Positions 1-9,802 of a stretch of 64,000 bases of DNA are shown here, one piece after another. Position 1 is the stretch's first letter; every line of letters begins with the position of its first letter. The translations under genes and the position numbers were made by a program. The stretch comes from an uncultured Candidatus Poseidoniales archaeon (GTDB taxonomy: Archaea; Thermoplasmatota; Poseidoniia; Poseidoniales; CAYMED01). The stretch is taken from the NCBI GenBank assembly GCA_964389655.1, contig CAYMED010000002.1, positions 32,001 through 96,000 on the forward strand, given 5' to 3'. Below the pieces are notes generated by a model. It made no database searches. It was not told the origin of the DNA and saw only the letters and a program-made list of their open reading frames with translations.

Positions 1-155
1 GATGTATGGCTAAAATCACTTCCCTCAAATTCCCCTTCTGTCAGATCAGCCCCGTCAAGAATCGCTCTTCGAAAATTTGAGTAGGGGTGTTTTCCCTTAC
101 GGAGAATGGTGTTTTTTTTACCACGAAATGACCAATCTAGATGTTCTACGCTCAT
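1..155 (-). CDS. Pentapeptide-repeat protein, 5' part only (runs off window start; absent from ORF track)
   Basis: Manual translation from ATG at 155: MSVEHLDWSFRGKKNTILRKGKHPYSNFRRAILDGADLTEGEFEGSDFSHT. It is open to the edge and shows the 5-residue A(D/N)Lxx periodicity (SNFRR-AILDG-ADLTE-GEFEG-SDFSH). It starts 15 bp after the stop of 171..656. Confidence 0.8.
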   Translation of the reverse strand, partial: MSVEHLDWSFRGKKNTILRKGKHPYSNFRRAILDGADLTEGEFEGSDFSHT

Positions 156-170
156 TATTTTCGCCTAATT

Positions 171-656
171 CTATCGTAATGATTTGAGATGTTGAATACC
201 CGCATCGCTAACTTTTGCCCACCGATTTCGTTGTCCCTCTCCTTCTGGAAGTTCCACATATCCCTTTTCATGCAATCTATTCACATAGAGGCTGATGTTG
301 GATGGTGCGGCCACGCCCGCATCTTCAATGAGTTGTTGAATCATTCTAGGTGGAATTTCGGAGTGAAGATCATCTTCGCGGAGGATGTGGATGGCTGATA
401 GAATTTGATCAACTCTTTTCTCAACGCGATAATCTTTCAAGAAGGCCATCAATGCCCTTCCCCGTGCAGTAGAACCTCCTCCCGTCTTTGCATTTTCAAT
501 CGCTTTTTCGACAACATCCCGCAAAGAATCAATTGCCTCATCCCAACTCCCATCATGGCGCGCAGCCTCAATCCCTTCCTCAACAACTTCTTGGTCACCT
601 TCAATATTGATCTCAAATCCAGTTCCAGAAAGGACAACCTTCCACTCCTCTTCCAT
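171..656 (-). CDS. Small protein with C-terminal winged helix-turn-helix-like domain
   Basis: 161 aa. C-terminal PSNISLYVNRLHEKGYVE...WAKVSDAGIQHL resembles a wHTH recognition helix plus wing. Confidence 0.6.
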   Translation of the reverse strand: MEEEWKVVLSGTGFEINIEGDQEVVEEGIEAARHDGSWDEAIDSLRDVVEKAIENAKTGGGSTARGRALMAFLKDYRVEKRVDQILSAIHILREDDLHSEIPPRMIQQLIEDAGVAAPSNISLYVNRLHEKGYVELPEGEGQRNRWAKVSDAGIQHLKSLR

Positions 657-768
657 TCAATCCCCACTCTTCGGCCGCCGGCGCGGGATTCAAGCATTCC
701 TGTTGGTGCTCAAATGACAATTCCACCCCGAACCTTCAAGTTGACATCCAATTGAATCGACCCGCTCC

Positions 769-3700
769 ATGGTGCCTACCCACCACCCAACCCGCGACTT
801 GCGTAGCGTCAGCGCCGTCCTTATTCTCTTAATTTTCTCAATATTGCCCATTACTGTGAGTGGTGGCTCGACACAATCCCGCTCTGCTAACGGGAACATC
901 AGCGTTTGGGAAAATAATACCACCATCATGGACATAGAACTGAATGGTTCTACAGAAAACACATCCCTATCTATTGAAATTCCCCGAAACACAACTGTGA
1001 TTGATGCGACCTTTGATTTAACTGTCAATGGCTCTAAAGGTGACCTTGGAGAACTTTCTCTAGATGTGGGGAGTGATGGGATCAATGAGTGGTGGTGGAA
1101 TGCCTCATTACTTGGGTCCCTCGGGAATCTTGATCGGTTTGCAGATGGCTCGAATCAATCAAGTACATGGGTTGGAAACGGAAAAAATACTGCAGCAAAT
1201 ATCCGAATACCACAAGGTGCCATATTGGATGACTTCAACGTTGACCTTTCCCTTGAATCGAATTTTACAGGAGGGGCGGTGCCAGTATCTTCCCATATCA
1301 AGAATTTGATCTCAGGAGACCTCTCAAATGACTCACACATAGATGCAGCAATCCATGTTGTGGACCATACATTTAATCTTGGAGCAAGCACTTGGAAACA
1401 AGATGCAATATTATACATAAATAGCTCAAAAAAACCACAAACAGGCGCATCTTTAGCATTTGAAACAATAGGTATTTGTAATGGCTCTGATATTGTACAC
1501 ATCGATAATTTGACTGGTGATGCTAGAGCAGAGATCATCGCCTTCAATACCACAGATAGTTGGGCCTGTATACATACGTTCAATTCAGGGGTTGGCTGGA
1601 ATCTATTGGCCAATACCTCAATTCCATCCCTCACAATCAGTACTGCTTTGTTCGATTGGGATATGGACGGGGGTGTCGAGATATTACTAGGAACTGCTTC
1701 GGTTTCAGGAGGAGGGGGGGGCTATACAAACAACCTTCATGCCCTTGTTTGGGATGCGCCTAGCAGCAGCTTTTCCATCCTTGCTTCTGCACTTGCAGAT
1801 CATACAAATTCCACATCTGCAACAATGGTAACTGGAATAAGTGTTGGAATGTTTCATCCACCACAACCCTCAATTGCAGTCTCTTCAGCAAATGGCCGAA
1901 CTAGGTTCTATAATTTCTCATTAACAATGATTATGCCTGGGGGCACACTTTCAGGTGCATTTGGCCTACCTCTTGATGGTGATTTATTTCTAGAGTGCAT
2001 CAATGGCCCAATGACCCCCGTTGATCTAGACAATGATGGTGATCACGATTTAATTGGCCAAAGCGCAGTTGGTGCGTGTATGGCCGTTATTCATGATACC
2101 TCATCAATTCAAACAAACACAACTGCGTTTTCATTCGCTAATGCGACTTACCTTGACTATGATAATGATGGTGTTATTGAAGCATTGGCGCCCTTTGAAG
2201 GGACTCCCGATGGAAATCCTGCAACCAACAATGGTTCTATCAAAATATATCAGGTATCGCAGAGTGGTTTTATCCCAGACTCCCCATCGAACCGGACACC
2301 AGTATCTGCCCCTAGAGATATTATATTGGCAGACGCGAATGGTGATGGTTCACTTGAGCACGTATTGCTTGCCGGCGAGCCCACCGGAATTTCAGTGGCG
2401 GCTTGGCAGTCATTTGGCCTCGATCTCAATTCTGATGGTTCTATTGACGTTTCAACAACAGGGTATGCAAGTATTACAAATAACCTGAGCATAAATATTT
2501 CAGGCTTGGCACCGGACATTTTGCAGGACCATTTTAGCAACCTCACATATACAAAAGGTGATTATGGAATTATGGCTGCTACCCTCCCACTTTCCCTCAT
2601 TAACCCCCCCGCGGGAAAGGTTTACGCGACCAACTTGAGTTCCGCATACTTATCTAAATTCACAGTTGAATTAAATCCTGGTGCGACCATTAATTTAGCA
2701 ACCGCACTGAATCTTGAAATGGAGTTAGGCACTGGAAATATGTCCATCCCTCTGCCCCTAAATTCCACATCACCCGGTTGGATTACAGCAAACGCCCTTC
2801 AATTATCTTGGAAAGTTGGGCCCCCCCCAAGCCTCATGATACCCCCGGCCCCATCCATCTCTATTGTTTTGAATGACTGGAATATTACTGGCATTGAGTG
2901 GACACCCTTCAATCAATCCACCGCGCCTAATATCACCTTACAGTACTATGAAATCCAACGCTGGAACCGCTCATCCGACCATGTCGAGACATATCTCCGT
3001 TCCGGGACAAATATTTCAGGAATCCCTGCAAACCCGGAAACCAACTTTTCAGTGAGAATACGTTATGGCTTTATTGGCATTAACAGCAATTGGTCAAATT
3101 GGATTGATTATCAAACACCTTCAATGCCCGACCTCGTAGCACCGGCACCTGTTGTCATTACTGGATTTTTCGACCGCCCATCAGATTCAGGGGGCCACCT
3201 TGTGGTTACTTGGTTACGAGCAACAGAGGGTGATGCAAACTTCTATCATTTCTATGTGCAGGACAATGTATCTAATTTGTCTAATCTCTCCCTTTTACAG
3301 CCCGTGTCATCCCTTAATCATTCAATCAATTCCACATCGATGATACTCAACCATACTAGTGCGGTATTGGATAGCAATGGAACTACAATTCAGGTAGCTT
3401 CACCAATTGTTGATGGAATTGACTATTATGTTGTGATGATCGTAAATGATACTAGCAATAATGTCAACTTAAATGCATTAGCATTTGGACCTGCAACATC
3501 TCTGAAGAATCCAGTCATTACTCAACTCAATATGACGTCTTCCCTAATACATAACCGATCGGGAAATGTTAGTGACAATATTTGGCTCCAACACGGGGAA
3601 GAAATCACGCTGACCTATCATGTTGATCGAGATGGTAAAAGTAATGCGTCAGTTCCCATTTCTATAAAATATTCATCTTATTGGAATAATACAACCACGG

Positions 3701-5631
3701 ATTCATTTGGAAATGCCTCGGTTATCATCAACAGCACTCAATTACCGCCAGGACTTATTCACGTTGAAGCGTCCATTCTAGATACTCAAAGTACGGATTC
3801 AAATCGGTTAATTTTTGGTGCTTGGTCGAATGTAACTTTAGACCACACAATATCAGTCTCCATGACATCACCCAATATGTCGGGAATTTATCTTTCCCCA
3901 GTTATAGGTTCAACCCACGACCTTCAATTAACACCTTCAATCATTTCTGCTCAGAATTATTTATCTGGCATTCAAGCATTGATCCATTGGAAAGATCAGA
4001 ATGGCTACAACCACACATTATCGCCGTTGTTTAATTCACTTGGGCACGTTTCTGTGGCCATACCTAGCAATGCACGTGGCGTCCTTACCTCCTCAATTAG
4101 TTCCCCGCCTTGGTTAATTGTAAATCCTTCAAATATTTCGATTACATTGACAGAACCAATAACTGCTACCCTTTCCCCACTTTCACTTTCATGTGTCCCA
4201 GATCCATGGAAGCCCGATCACGCATCATCGGGTTCTGGCAAGTCACTTGCATGCACGGTTTCAAATCCGAATATGTATGATGTTGAAGTATCTTGGACAA
4301 CGACCACCACCCTTCCCCTTTCCCTTCCATCTCCAACGATAATTGGCCCCGGAAAATCCATTCTCAAAGTACTAACCCTTACACTCCCTGCAGAGGGCCT
4401 TCCAAACACTCAAGTGGGCCAACAAATTGACGTAGTTCTTACATTGCAGTCTTCTGCTATTGACCACTATGATCTCTATCAAAATCACACGATATCCCTT
4501 ATTCCCCAGCCCACAATTCTAACGGCCCCAATTCTGACGTGCCCATCTAGCATGGTAAGTAATGGATCTGAAAATCACCCCAATTCAACCATAACTTGTG
4601 CGCTTGAAAACCCCAATTCAGTTCGAATAACTGTATTAATCAACCACACGCTTTCAGGAGACATTCAATTTTACAAACAATCACCTTCGGCGAACTCTAC
4701 GATCATACCGGCTGGAAAAACGATTGATCTCAAGTTTAGGTATTTCTCATTGACCGCCACAAATGACACATCTGGGTCCGCCGAGATTTCTATCCATGCA
4801 AATTCAGATGGTTGGGGTGGTATCGCATCATTTTCCAATATATCTCTTCAGATAGTGGTTGCAAAAGAGACTCTGTCTGATGCGGCTGACGAATTAGATA
4901 ATGAATCAACCCCATCTAATCAAACAGTTGTGGTAGATCAAAATGTAACGATAGATGATCCGAATCTTAGTAATTCTACGGACTCAATTGCAGCTGAAAC
5001 GAATGACACCTCAAATACAAGTGCTGATGCAACCTTGTCTTTAATATCACCCACTTCAAAGTCCTCAGCAATGTTTGCGTTTGGTGGTTTTGGGGCAATT
5101 TTCGTATCGATGATCCTTTTATCTCGCTTAATCACAGCAGACCGAGAAGTAGATGAGGATGATGATGAATTAATTGAAGGAAGTAATTGGGATGAATTTA
5201 GTCAAATCGATGATGTGGTTCGGCATTCCCTTACCTTAGATGATGCTAAATCCTCTGTTCCTTTATCTAGCCAAGCAACAGGAGTCACCATGGCCTCTCC
5301 AAAGGAGACCGCTAGAAGTCGGCTTGCTTTCCGCCGAGGAAATGATGTTACTGATGAACCAGACCCATCTTTGGAACACAAAGATGGGGGGTTGGAAAAT
5401 GAATGGTCAGAGGAAGAATCCGAAGGTGAATGGTCAGAGGAAGAATCCGAAGGTGAATGGTCAGAGGAAGAATCCGAAGGTGAATGGTCAGAGGAAGAAT
5501 CCGGTTCAGATGAGGATGGTATCACTGTAGATGAAGACGGCGTCGAATGGTGGGAAGACGAAGATGGACAGTGGTATTTCCGAGATCAAGACATGGATGA
5601 TTGGGAATTATTTGAGGATGATGATTCATGA
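769..5631 (+). CDS. Giant membrane-anchored surface glycoprotein (FG-GAP/VCBS repeats, FN3 and Ig-like domains, C-terminal TM, acidic cytoplasmic tail)
   Basis: Signal peptide. DxDxDG Ca-binding repeats (DWDMDGGVEILLG, DLDNDGDHDLIG, DYDNDGVIE, DANGDGSLE). FN3-like segments (QYYEIQRW...TNFSVRIRY...SNWS; DRPSDSGGHLVVTW). Many NxS/T sequons. TM AMFAFGGFGAIFVSMILL. Confidence 0.8.
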   Translation: MVPTHHPTRDLRSVSAVLILLIFSILPITVSGGSTQSRSANGNISVWENNTTIMDIELNGSTENTSLSIEIPRNTTVIDATFDLTVNGSKGDLGELSLDVGSDGINEWWWNASLLGSLGNLDRFADGSNQSSTWVGNGKNTAANIRIPQGAILDDFNVDLSLESNFTGGAVPVSSHIKNLISGDLSNDSHIDAAIHVVDHTFNLGASTWKQDAILYINSSKKPQTGASLAFETIGICNGSDIVHIDNLTGDARAEIIAFNTTDSWACIHTFNSGVGWNLLANTSIPSLTISTALFDWDMDGGVEILLGTASVSGGGGGYTNNLHALVWDAPSSSFSILASALADHTNSTSATMVTGISVGMFHPPQPSIAVSSANGRTRFYNFSLTMIMPGGTLSGAFGLPLDGDLFLECINGPMTPVDLDNDGDHDLIGQSAVGACMAVIHDTSSIQTNTTAFSFANATYLDYDNDGVIEALAPFEGTPDGNPATNNGSIKIYQVSQSGFIPDSPSNRTPVSAPRDIILADANGDGSLEHVLLAGEPTGISVAAWQSFGLDLNSDGSIDVSTTGYASITNNLSINISGLAPDILQDHFSNLTYTKGDYGIMAATLPLSLINPPAGKVYATNLSSAYLSKFTVELNPGATINLATALNLEMELGTGNMSIPLPLNSTSPGWITANALQLSWKVGPPPSLMIPPAPSISIVLNDWNITGIEWTPFNQSTAPNITLQYYEIQRWNRSSDHVETYLRSGTNISGIPANPETNFSVRIRYGFIGINSNWSNWIDYQTPSMPDLVAPAPVVITGFFDRPSDSGGHLVVTWLRATEGDANFYHFYVQDNVSNLSNLSLLQPVSSLNHSINSTSMILNHTSAVLDSNGTTIQVASPIVDGIDYYVVMIVNDTSNNVNLNALAFGPATSLKNPVITQLNMTSSLIHNRSGNVSDNIWLQHGEEITLTYHVDRDGKSNASVPISIKYSSYWNNTTTDSFGNASVIINSTQLPPGLIHVEASILDTQSTDSNRLIFGAWSNVTLDHTISVSMTSPNMSGIYLSPVIGSTHDLQLTPSIISAQNYLSGIQALIHWKDQNGYNHTLSPLFNSLGHVSVAIPSNARGVLTSSISSPPWLIVNPSNISITLTEPITATLSPLSLSCVPDPWKPDHASSGSGKSLACTVSNPNMYDVEVSWTTTTTLPLSLPSPTIIGPGKSILKVLTLTLPAEGLPNTQVGQQIDVVLTLQSSAIDHYDLYQNHTISLIPQPTILTAPILTCPSSMVSNGSENHPNSTITCALENPNSVRITVLINHTLSGDIQFYKQSPSANSTIIPAGKTIDLKFRYFSLTATNDTSGSAEISIHANSDGWGGIASFSNISLQIVVAKETLSDAADELDNESTPSNQTVVVDQNVTIDDPNLSNSTDSIAAETNDTSNTSADATLSLISPTSKSSAMFAFGGFGAIFVSMILLSRLITADREVDEDDDELIEGSNWDEFSQIDDVVRHSLTLDDAKSSVPLSSQATGVTMASPKETARSRLAFRRGNDVTDEPDPSLEHKDGGLENEWSEEESEGEWSEEESEGEWSEEESEGEWSEEESGSDEDGITVDEDGVEWWEDEDGQWYFRDQDMDDWELFEDDDS
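5400..5503 (+). repeat. Perfect 27-bp in-frame tandem repeat (about 3.8 copies) encoding EWSEEESEG
   Basis: Unit GAATGGTCAGAGGAAGAATCCGAAGGT at 5401, 5428 and 5455, with a partial copy at 5482-5503. No spacers. Confidence 0.95.
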
Positions 5632-6383
5632 CAATTTCAGAAAAAAGCGGCCGTTATTCACTTGCCCTTCATTCAGGGGATTCAGAATACAGTAAAGGTG
5701 GAATTGCAATAGCGGGATTTAGCACAGTAGGCATGGTGGGCGTGATCTCCACCAGCCACATTATTCGTTCTCTTGATTTGAGCCACGATGGTAGTGTATT
5801 AGATACAAAATTCCCTGCGATTGCCCTCGTCCATGATCATGTCCCAAAGCATCCCGTTCGAGTCCATAGGGGTGACGGGATTGGAGTATTTACTGCAGAG
5901 ATTCAGTTTCCCCCAGAACGGGATGTGGAATTCGCCAATACCGTGCTCGAATGGTTTTCAAGATGCGGATATTCTCGCCTTTTCGTGATTGATGGGCTTG
6001 TCCGCCAAAATTCAACCATCGATTCAGGCGGGCTTTTTGCAGTTGCATCTAGTTCCGAATCTCGCACAGAACTCAATGAACATGAAATTGAACAAATCCA
6101 GCAAGGAGTTGTAGCCGGCATCCCAGGCCACCTTCTTTCGGAAGGAGATCGGCTTGGTATGGATGTTATTGCCTTACTTCCCGAGTGTAACCCAATGTAT
6201 CCCGACGCCCGCGCTTCAGCCTCAGCAATTCAAGCATTTTCATCCCTTTCGGGTATCAATATTGCTCTAGACGACCTTTTGGCAGACGCACACCAGATTG
6301 AAGAAAGTGTTCGAGAAGTATTTGACCGCGCCCAGTCGATGTTACCTAGTAGTGCCAATGAACAAGACCCTATGGTGGGTTAA
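5628..6383 (+). CDS. PAC2 family proteasome-assembly chaperone homologue (PbaA/PbaB-like)
   Basis: GFSTVGMVGVISTSHII, FPAIALV..P.HPVRV, GVVAGIPGHLL and YPDARAS motifs. ATGA overlap with the upstream stop. Confidence 0.85.
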   Translation: MTISEKSGRYSLALHSGDSEYSKGGIAIAGFSTVGMVGVISTSHIIRSLDLSHDGSVLDTKFPAIALVHDHVPKHPVRVHRGDGIGVFTAEIQFPPERDVEFANTVLEWFSRCGYSRLFVIDGLVRQNSTIDSGGLFAVASSSESRTELNEHEIEQIQQGVVAGIPGHLLSEGDRLGMDVIALLPECNPMYPDARASASAIQAFSSLSGINIALDDLLADAHQIEESVREVFDRAQSMLPSSANEQDPMVG

Positions 6384-6386
6384 GAA

Positions 6387-6773
6387 TTGATACAAAAGCA
6401 ATGGGAGACCCTGCAACTCCCACTTTTTGTATTTTCAGTGTTCTTTTTCCTGCACATCATTGCCGCCTCTCTTGACTTTGAAATAATGTTTCGCTTTGCA
6501 GTAACAATGACTGGACTTATTTCCCTTCTTTTCCCAAATTTAATCGCCCAAATATCAGAAAACTCTTCACACACACCTCTGGAAAAAAGAACATCTATTC
6601 TTTATTCTATGATCATTTCAATAATACTTGTCGGTGGTTGGGGTTGGGCTTACGCTGGACGCACGTTTGTCAAATGGATTGTCCCCCTTGTTTGTACCCC
6701 CCTTGCAATTGGTTGTACAATTCTCATTTCAGATGAAGTCACCAACCGTTTTTTGGGGTTATCAAATGAGTGA
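6387..6773 (+). CDS. Small membrane protein (about 4 TM), function unknown
   Basis: Four hydrophobic segments. Fills the gap between flanking co-oriented genes. Confidence 0.6.
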   Translation: MIQKQWETLQLPLFVFSVFFFLHIIAASLDFEIMFRFAVTMTGLISLLFPNLIAQISENSSHTPLEKRTSILYSMIISIILVGGWGWAYAGRTFVKWIVPLVCTPLAIGCTILISDEVTNRFLGLSNE

Positions 6774-7242
6774 TGATGCTCGAGATTTTTTACGCCATCT
6801 AGTCACATCAACGAGAAACTTGAGTCCAGTTGAGATGGCAGACCGGCATGAGAAGGCCATTGCAGAAATCCGGAAGGGGTTTGGTCACGTAGCTCTTCGA
6901 GATGGTGAACCTCTCGGTGGTACGGTGTGGTCTCCAAAGATACGCTGGCACATTTCAGGTGATCTTGCGCACATCTTTGTAGATGTTCGGCATTTAGATC
7001 AAACAGGCGTTGGCCTTGAGATTGAAGATTCCATAGCGCACCTTCACCTTAAACGCAAATTAGAGCGCGTGCTGGAGGATCAAAAATTGATGGAAACCTC
7101 AGAAACCATCAATCGTCGGATTGATCTTGGGCGCCCCATCATCGTCAATGATGTAAAAGCAACAGTAGATAATGGTGTTTTGCACATACAGTGTCCATTA
7201 GTAGATCTCCGGGGAACTCCAGTTTCCATTACTTGGGATTGA
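6766..7242 (+). CDS. Small heat-shock protein (Hsp20/alpha-crystallin family)
   Basis: C-terminal VKATVDNGVLHIQCP matches the AxxxNGVLxIxxP signature. Start moved to ATG 6766 (MSDDARDF), which overlaps the upstream stop (ATGAGTGA). Confidence 0.75.
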   Translation: MSDDARDFLRHLVTSTRNLSPVEMADRHEKAIAEIRKGFGHVALRDGEPLGGTVWSPKIRWHISGDLAHIFVDVRHLDQTGVGLEIEDSIAHLHLKRKLERVLEDQKLMETSETINRRIDLGRPIIVNDVKATVDNGVLHIQCPLVDLRGTPVSITWD

Positions 7243-8641
7243 TGTTAGAAATATGTGAGGCCCCTTTAACCAACACCTTCCACGAAATGTCGGCATATAT
7301 TGCGGGTTTTGGGTGTCGAGCAAGACACGCACGCCCCCCCTCATTGCGTATCCATTCAACTAAACGGGATGGGGAGGGGGGGTGTGCTAGTTTGAGATGT
7401 GATGCTAAATCATCTACCGAATAGAGTAAATATCCTTCCTTGACTGCCGATAGACCCTCTAAACCACGCACTGATCGAAGAAGGGCAGCATTGTATTTCC
7501 ATACGTCCTTCGATGTAAGTTCAGCTTCGTTGACTAAATCTCCATCTTGCTCCATCCTCAATAATTCAATTGAATCAGGTTCAAGCATTTGGCTAGAGGG
7601 CGCCAGATCTCCAATTTTGTGTTCAATCCCTTCTATCTTATTTGGCAAGAGGCCACATTGACTTATTACAAGTTCTTCATTGATTTCAAGCATGATTTCA
7701 GGCTCCCACAATGGTCCTGTCCAAAGCGGACCCGAAACCCTCTCATCAATGCAGGTAGGTGGATAGATCCAAGGGAGGAGAACCCGGTGGGGTGTTAGAT
7801 TTGATTCCCCGTTTTTAATTGGAATGATGGAATTTTTCATTTCTTCCCCATCCGGATTTGCAACCATCCACCCCATTGAATTGAATACTTCCCCCGCATT
7901 AGTTGGTGAATATCTCGTTCTTACTGTAGTACGGATGTGGTGCCCATCTACAATTGTAAGAATAGGCTCAATAATCCGGTCGTGCCTCGCAGCAGTAAGT
8001 GCTAGCCACCCGACTAGGATCCTTGCACCAGCATGATGGTTAATTCTGTCTCTCCTTGCGCGTGCCCCATATCTTCTAGCAAGTGCTTTCGCCGCAGCTC
8101 CGGTCAATGCAGCAGTATCAGTGGCACTTACCGAAACCACGCACGTTCGCCCTGCTCTTTGTAACAAAGGTTCAAGAAACGGAACCGGTGACCCAAAGGG
8201 GTCAATATCAATCCAGTCATAACCCCCGTCAAGACCCCGCCGAATATCAGCGCATTTCCACTCAATTTTTCCCTCTAAAGGCGGATATAGTGCATGAGTG
8301 GCTGCAGCCCATTCGATACTCTTTATGTCTATGTCAGTTGCAGTAATATGGATGCGCTCAGGTTCTGTTATTTCGTGCAAGATTCTCCTTGCCCTAAGGC
8401 CAGTTGCACACATCGCATCAAGCACTCGAAAAGGCCTTCCGATCTCTCCAATCTGATTAAGGTAGGCTTCCATAAGGAGAACAGTTCGAGTTCTTGATCC
8501 GGCCATTGCGGGATTGTAAAAAACGTGTTTATCTTTAGCAATTGGCCCTATTGCATTTGGAGATCCCCTTTTTTCCTTTGGAAGGCGAAAAAGAGTCCTT
8601 CCTTCAATTGCAGGTGTGCCGGGCCATCCACTATTGTTCAT
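7229..8641 (-). CDS. trm1: tRNA (guanine(26)-N2)-dimethyltransferase Trm1
   Basis: VFYNPAM, LDAMCATGLRARR, DIDPFGSPVPFL, ATDTAALTG and GPLWTGPL motifs. Confidence 0.9.
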   Translation of the reverse strand: MNNSGWPGTPAIEGRTLFRLPKEKRGSPNAIGPIAKDKHVFYNPAMAGSRTRTVLLMEAYLNQIGEIGRPFRVLDAMCATGLRARRILHEITEPERIHITATDIDIKSIEWAAATHALYPPLEGKIEWKCADIRRGLDGGYDWIDIDPFGSPVPFLEPLLQRAGRTCVVSVSATDTAALTGAAAKALARRYGARARRDRINHHAGARILVGWLALTAARHDRIIEPILTIVDGHHIRTTVRTRYSPTNAGEVFNSMGWMVANPDGEEMKNSIIPIKNGESNLTPHRVLLPWIYPPTCIDERVSGPLWTGPLWEPEIMLEINEELVISQCGLLPNKIEGIEHKIGDLAPSSQMLEPDSIELLRMEQDGDLVNEAELTSKDVWKYNAALLRSVRGLEGLSAVKEGYLLYSVDDLASHLKLAHPPSPSRLVEWIRNEGGRACLARHPKPAIYADISWKVLVKGASHISNINPK

Positions 8642-8657
8642 GGCCCTTTCCTCATTA

Positions 8658-9752
8658 TTACATGGTTTCTAACATTCGCGTAGACAAGCCAGGATGCTCG
8701 ACAGAAGTACCGTTTTCCAAAATATGGCCCACAATTTGTGCATGCGGGCAACCATTATTGCGAACAAAATCAATTATTGCTGGGGCACTTAATTGTGCAA
8801 CAACCAGAACCATTCCCATGCCCATGTTGAATGTTCTCAAAGCTTCATCTCCTTCAATGCCCCCGATTTCAGTTAGCCATGTTGCTTCAGGAGGAGGGGG
8901 GATGGGATTGTCAATAACCCACGTGTGCTTTGATACCCTCATTAAATTCAACAATCCCCCCCCGGTAATATGAACAACCCCGTGTAAATCCTCCCATTGG
9001 ACAGAATTGCTATTTTCCCTTAATACATTGAATAAGGGCACTAATGGGTCGACATAAATCCGGGTGGGTTCTAGAAGAATGTCTATGAGATCTATAGAAC
9101 TACTTCTTTCCCTCCCCAGCCATTTTTGAGCAAATGGTGGGCTTGAATATAAGTCAATTTTATTTTCATTCAATACCGCCCTTACTAAACTATAGCCATT
9201 ACTATGGAAGCCACTAGATGGGAGCCCAATAATTACGTCCCCTTCTCCGATCTTTGATGTTTCAATTACTTTTTTTTTCGGAACCCTACCCAACGCAGTT
9301 CCAGAAAGGTCAATCATATTCACCAAATCAGGTAAACTTGCAGTTTCACCCCCACATAATGTGACTCTTGATAGGCGAGCGGCTTCGGATAAAGATGCAC
9401 CCAGCGCAGCATGGATTTCTTCATTAGGCTCTGGGGTTGCTATGTAATCAACGAAAGCGAGCGGTTCTGCGCCGCAGCAAAGTAAATCATTCACATTCAT
9501 TGCCATACAATCTATCCCAACCCCGCCCCAGCGATTGGACATTTCCGCCAACACCAATTTACTTCCGACCCCATCTGTGCAAATTGCTAATGCATCATCG
9601 CCATATTCGATCAATCCACTAAATCCCCCAGAAGCACCCATTGGGGCTCCGTAAGTCCCTTTTTCTCGTACAGATGACCCCAACGCCGAAATCAACGATG
9701 AGACCGCTTTTGCCTCTAGGCCGATATCCACGCCGGATGCGGCGTAATCCAT
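8658..9752 (-). CDS. purM: Phosphoribosylformylglycinamidine cyclo-ligase (AIR synthase)
   Basis: MDYAASGVDI start (9752), TDGVGSK, CMAMNVND, GGETA, SSGFHSNGYSL, HITGGG and RTFNMG motifs. Confidence 0.95.
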   Translation of the reverse strand: MDYAASGVDIGLEAKAVSSLISALGSSVREKGTYGAPMGASGGFSGLIEYGDDALAICTDGVGSKLVLAEMSNRWGGVGIDCMAMNVNDLLCCGAEPLAFVDYIATPEPNEEIHAALGASLSEAARLSRVTLCGGETASLPDLVNMIDLSGTALGRVPKKKVIETSKIGEGDVIIGLPSSGFHSNGYSLVRAVLNENKIDLYSSPPFAQKWLGRERSSSIDLIDILLEPTRIYVDPLVPLFNVLRENSNSVQWEDLHGVVHITGGGLLNLMRVSKHTWVIDNPIPPPPEATWLTEIGGIEGDEALRTFNMGMGMVLVVAQLSAPAIIDFVRNNGCPHAQIVGHILENGTSVEHPGLSTRMLETM

Positions 9753-9802
9753 GATTTGGCTCGTGCCGCATTCAGGCCATAGCATATCCGATTATGAAGC
9801 TC

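Noticed and set aside
5400-5503. 27-bp repeats as a possible CRISPR array
   Set aside because: The copies are head-to-tail with no spacers, lie in frame within a CDS, and no cas genes are present.
7229-8641. Trm1 lacking the Zn finger as a novelty
   Set aside because: Zn-finger-less archaeal Trm1 enzymes are already known (e.g. Pyrococcus).
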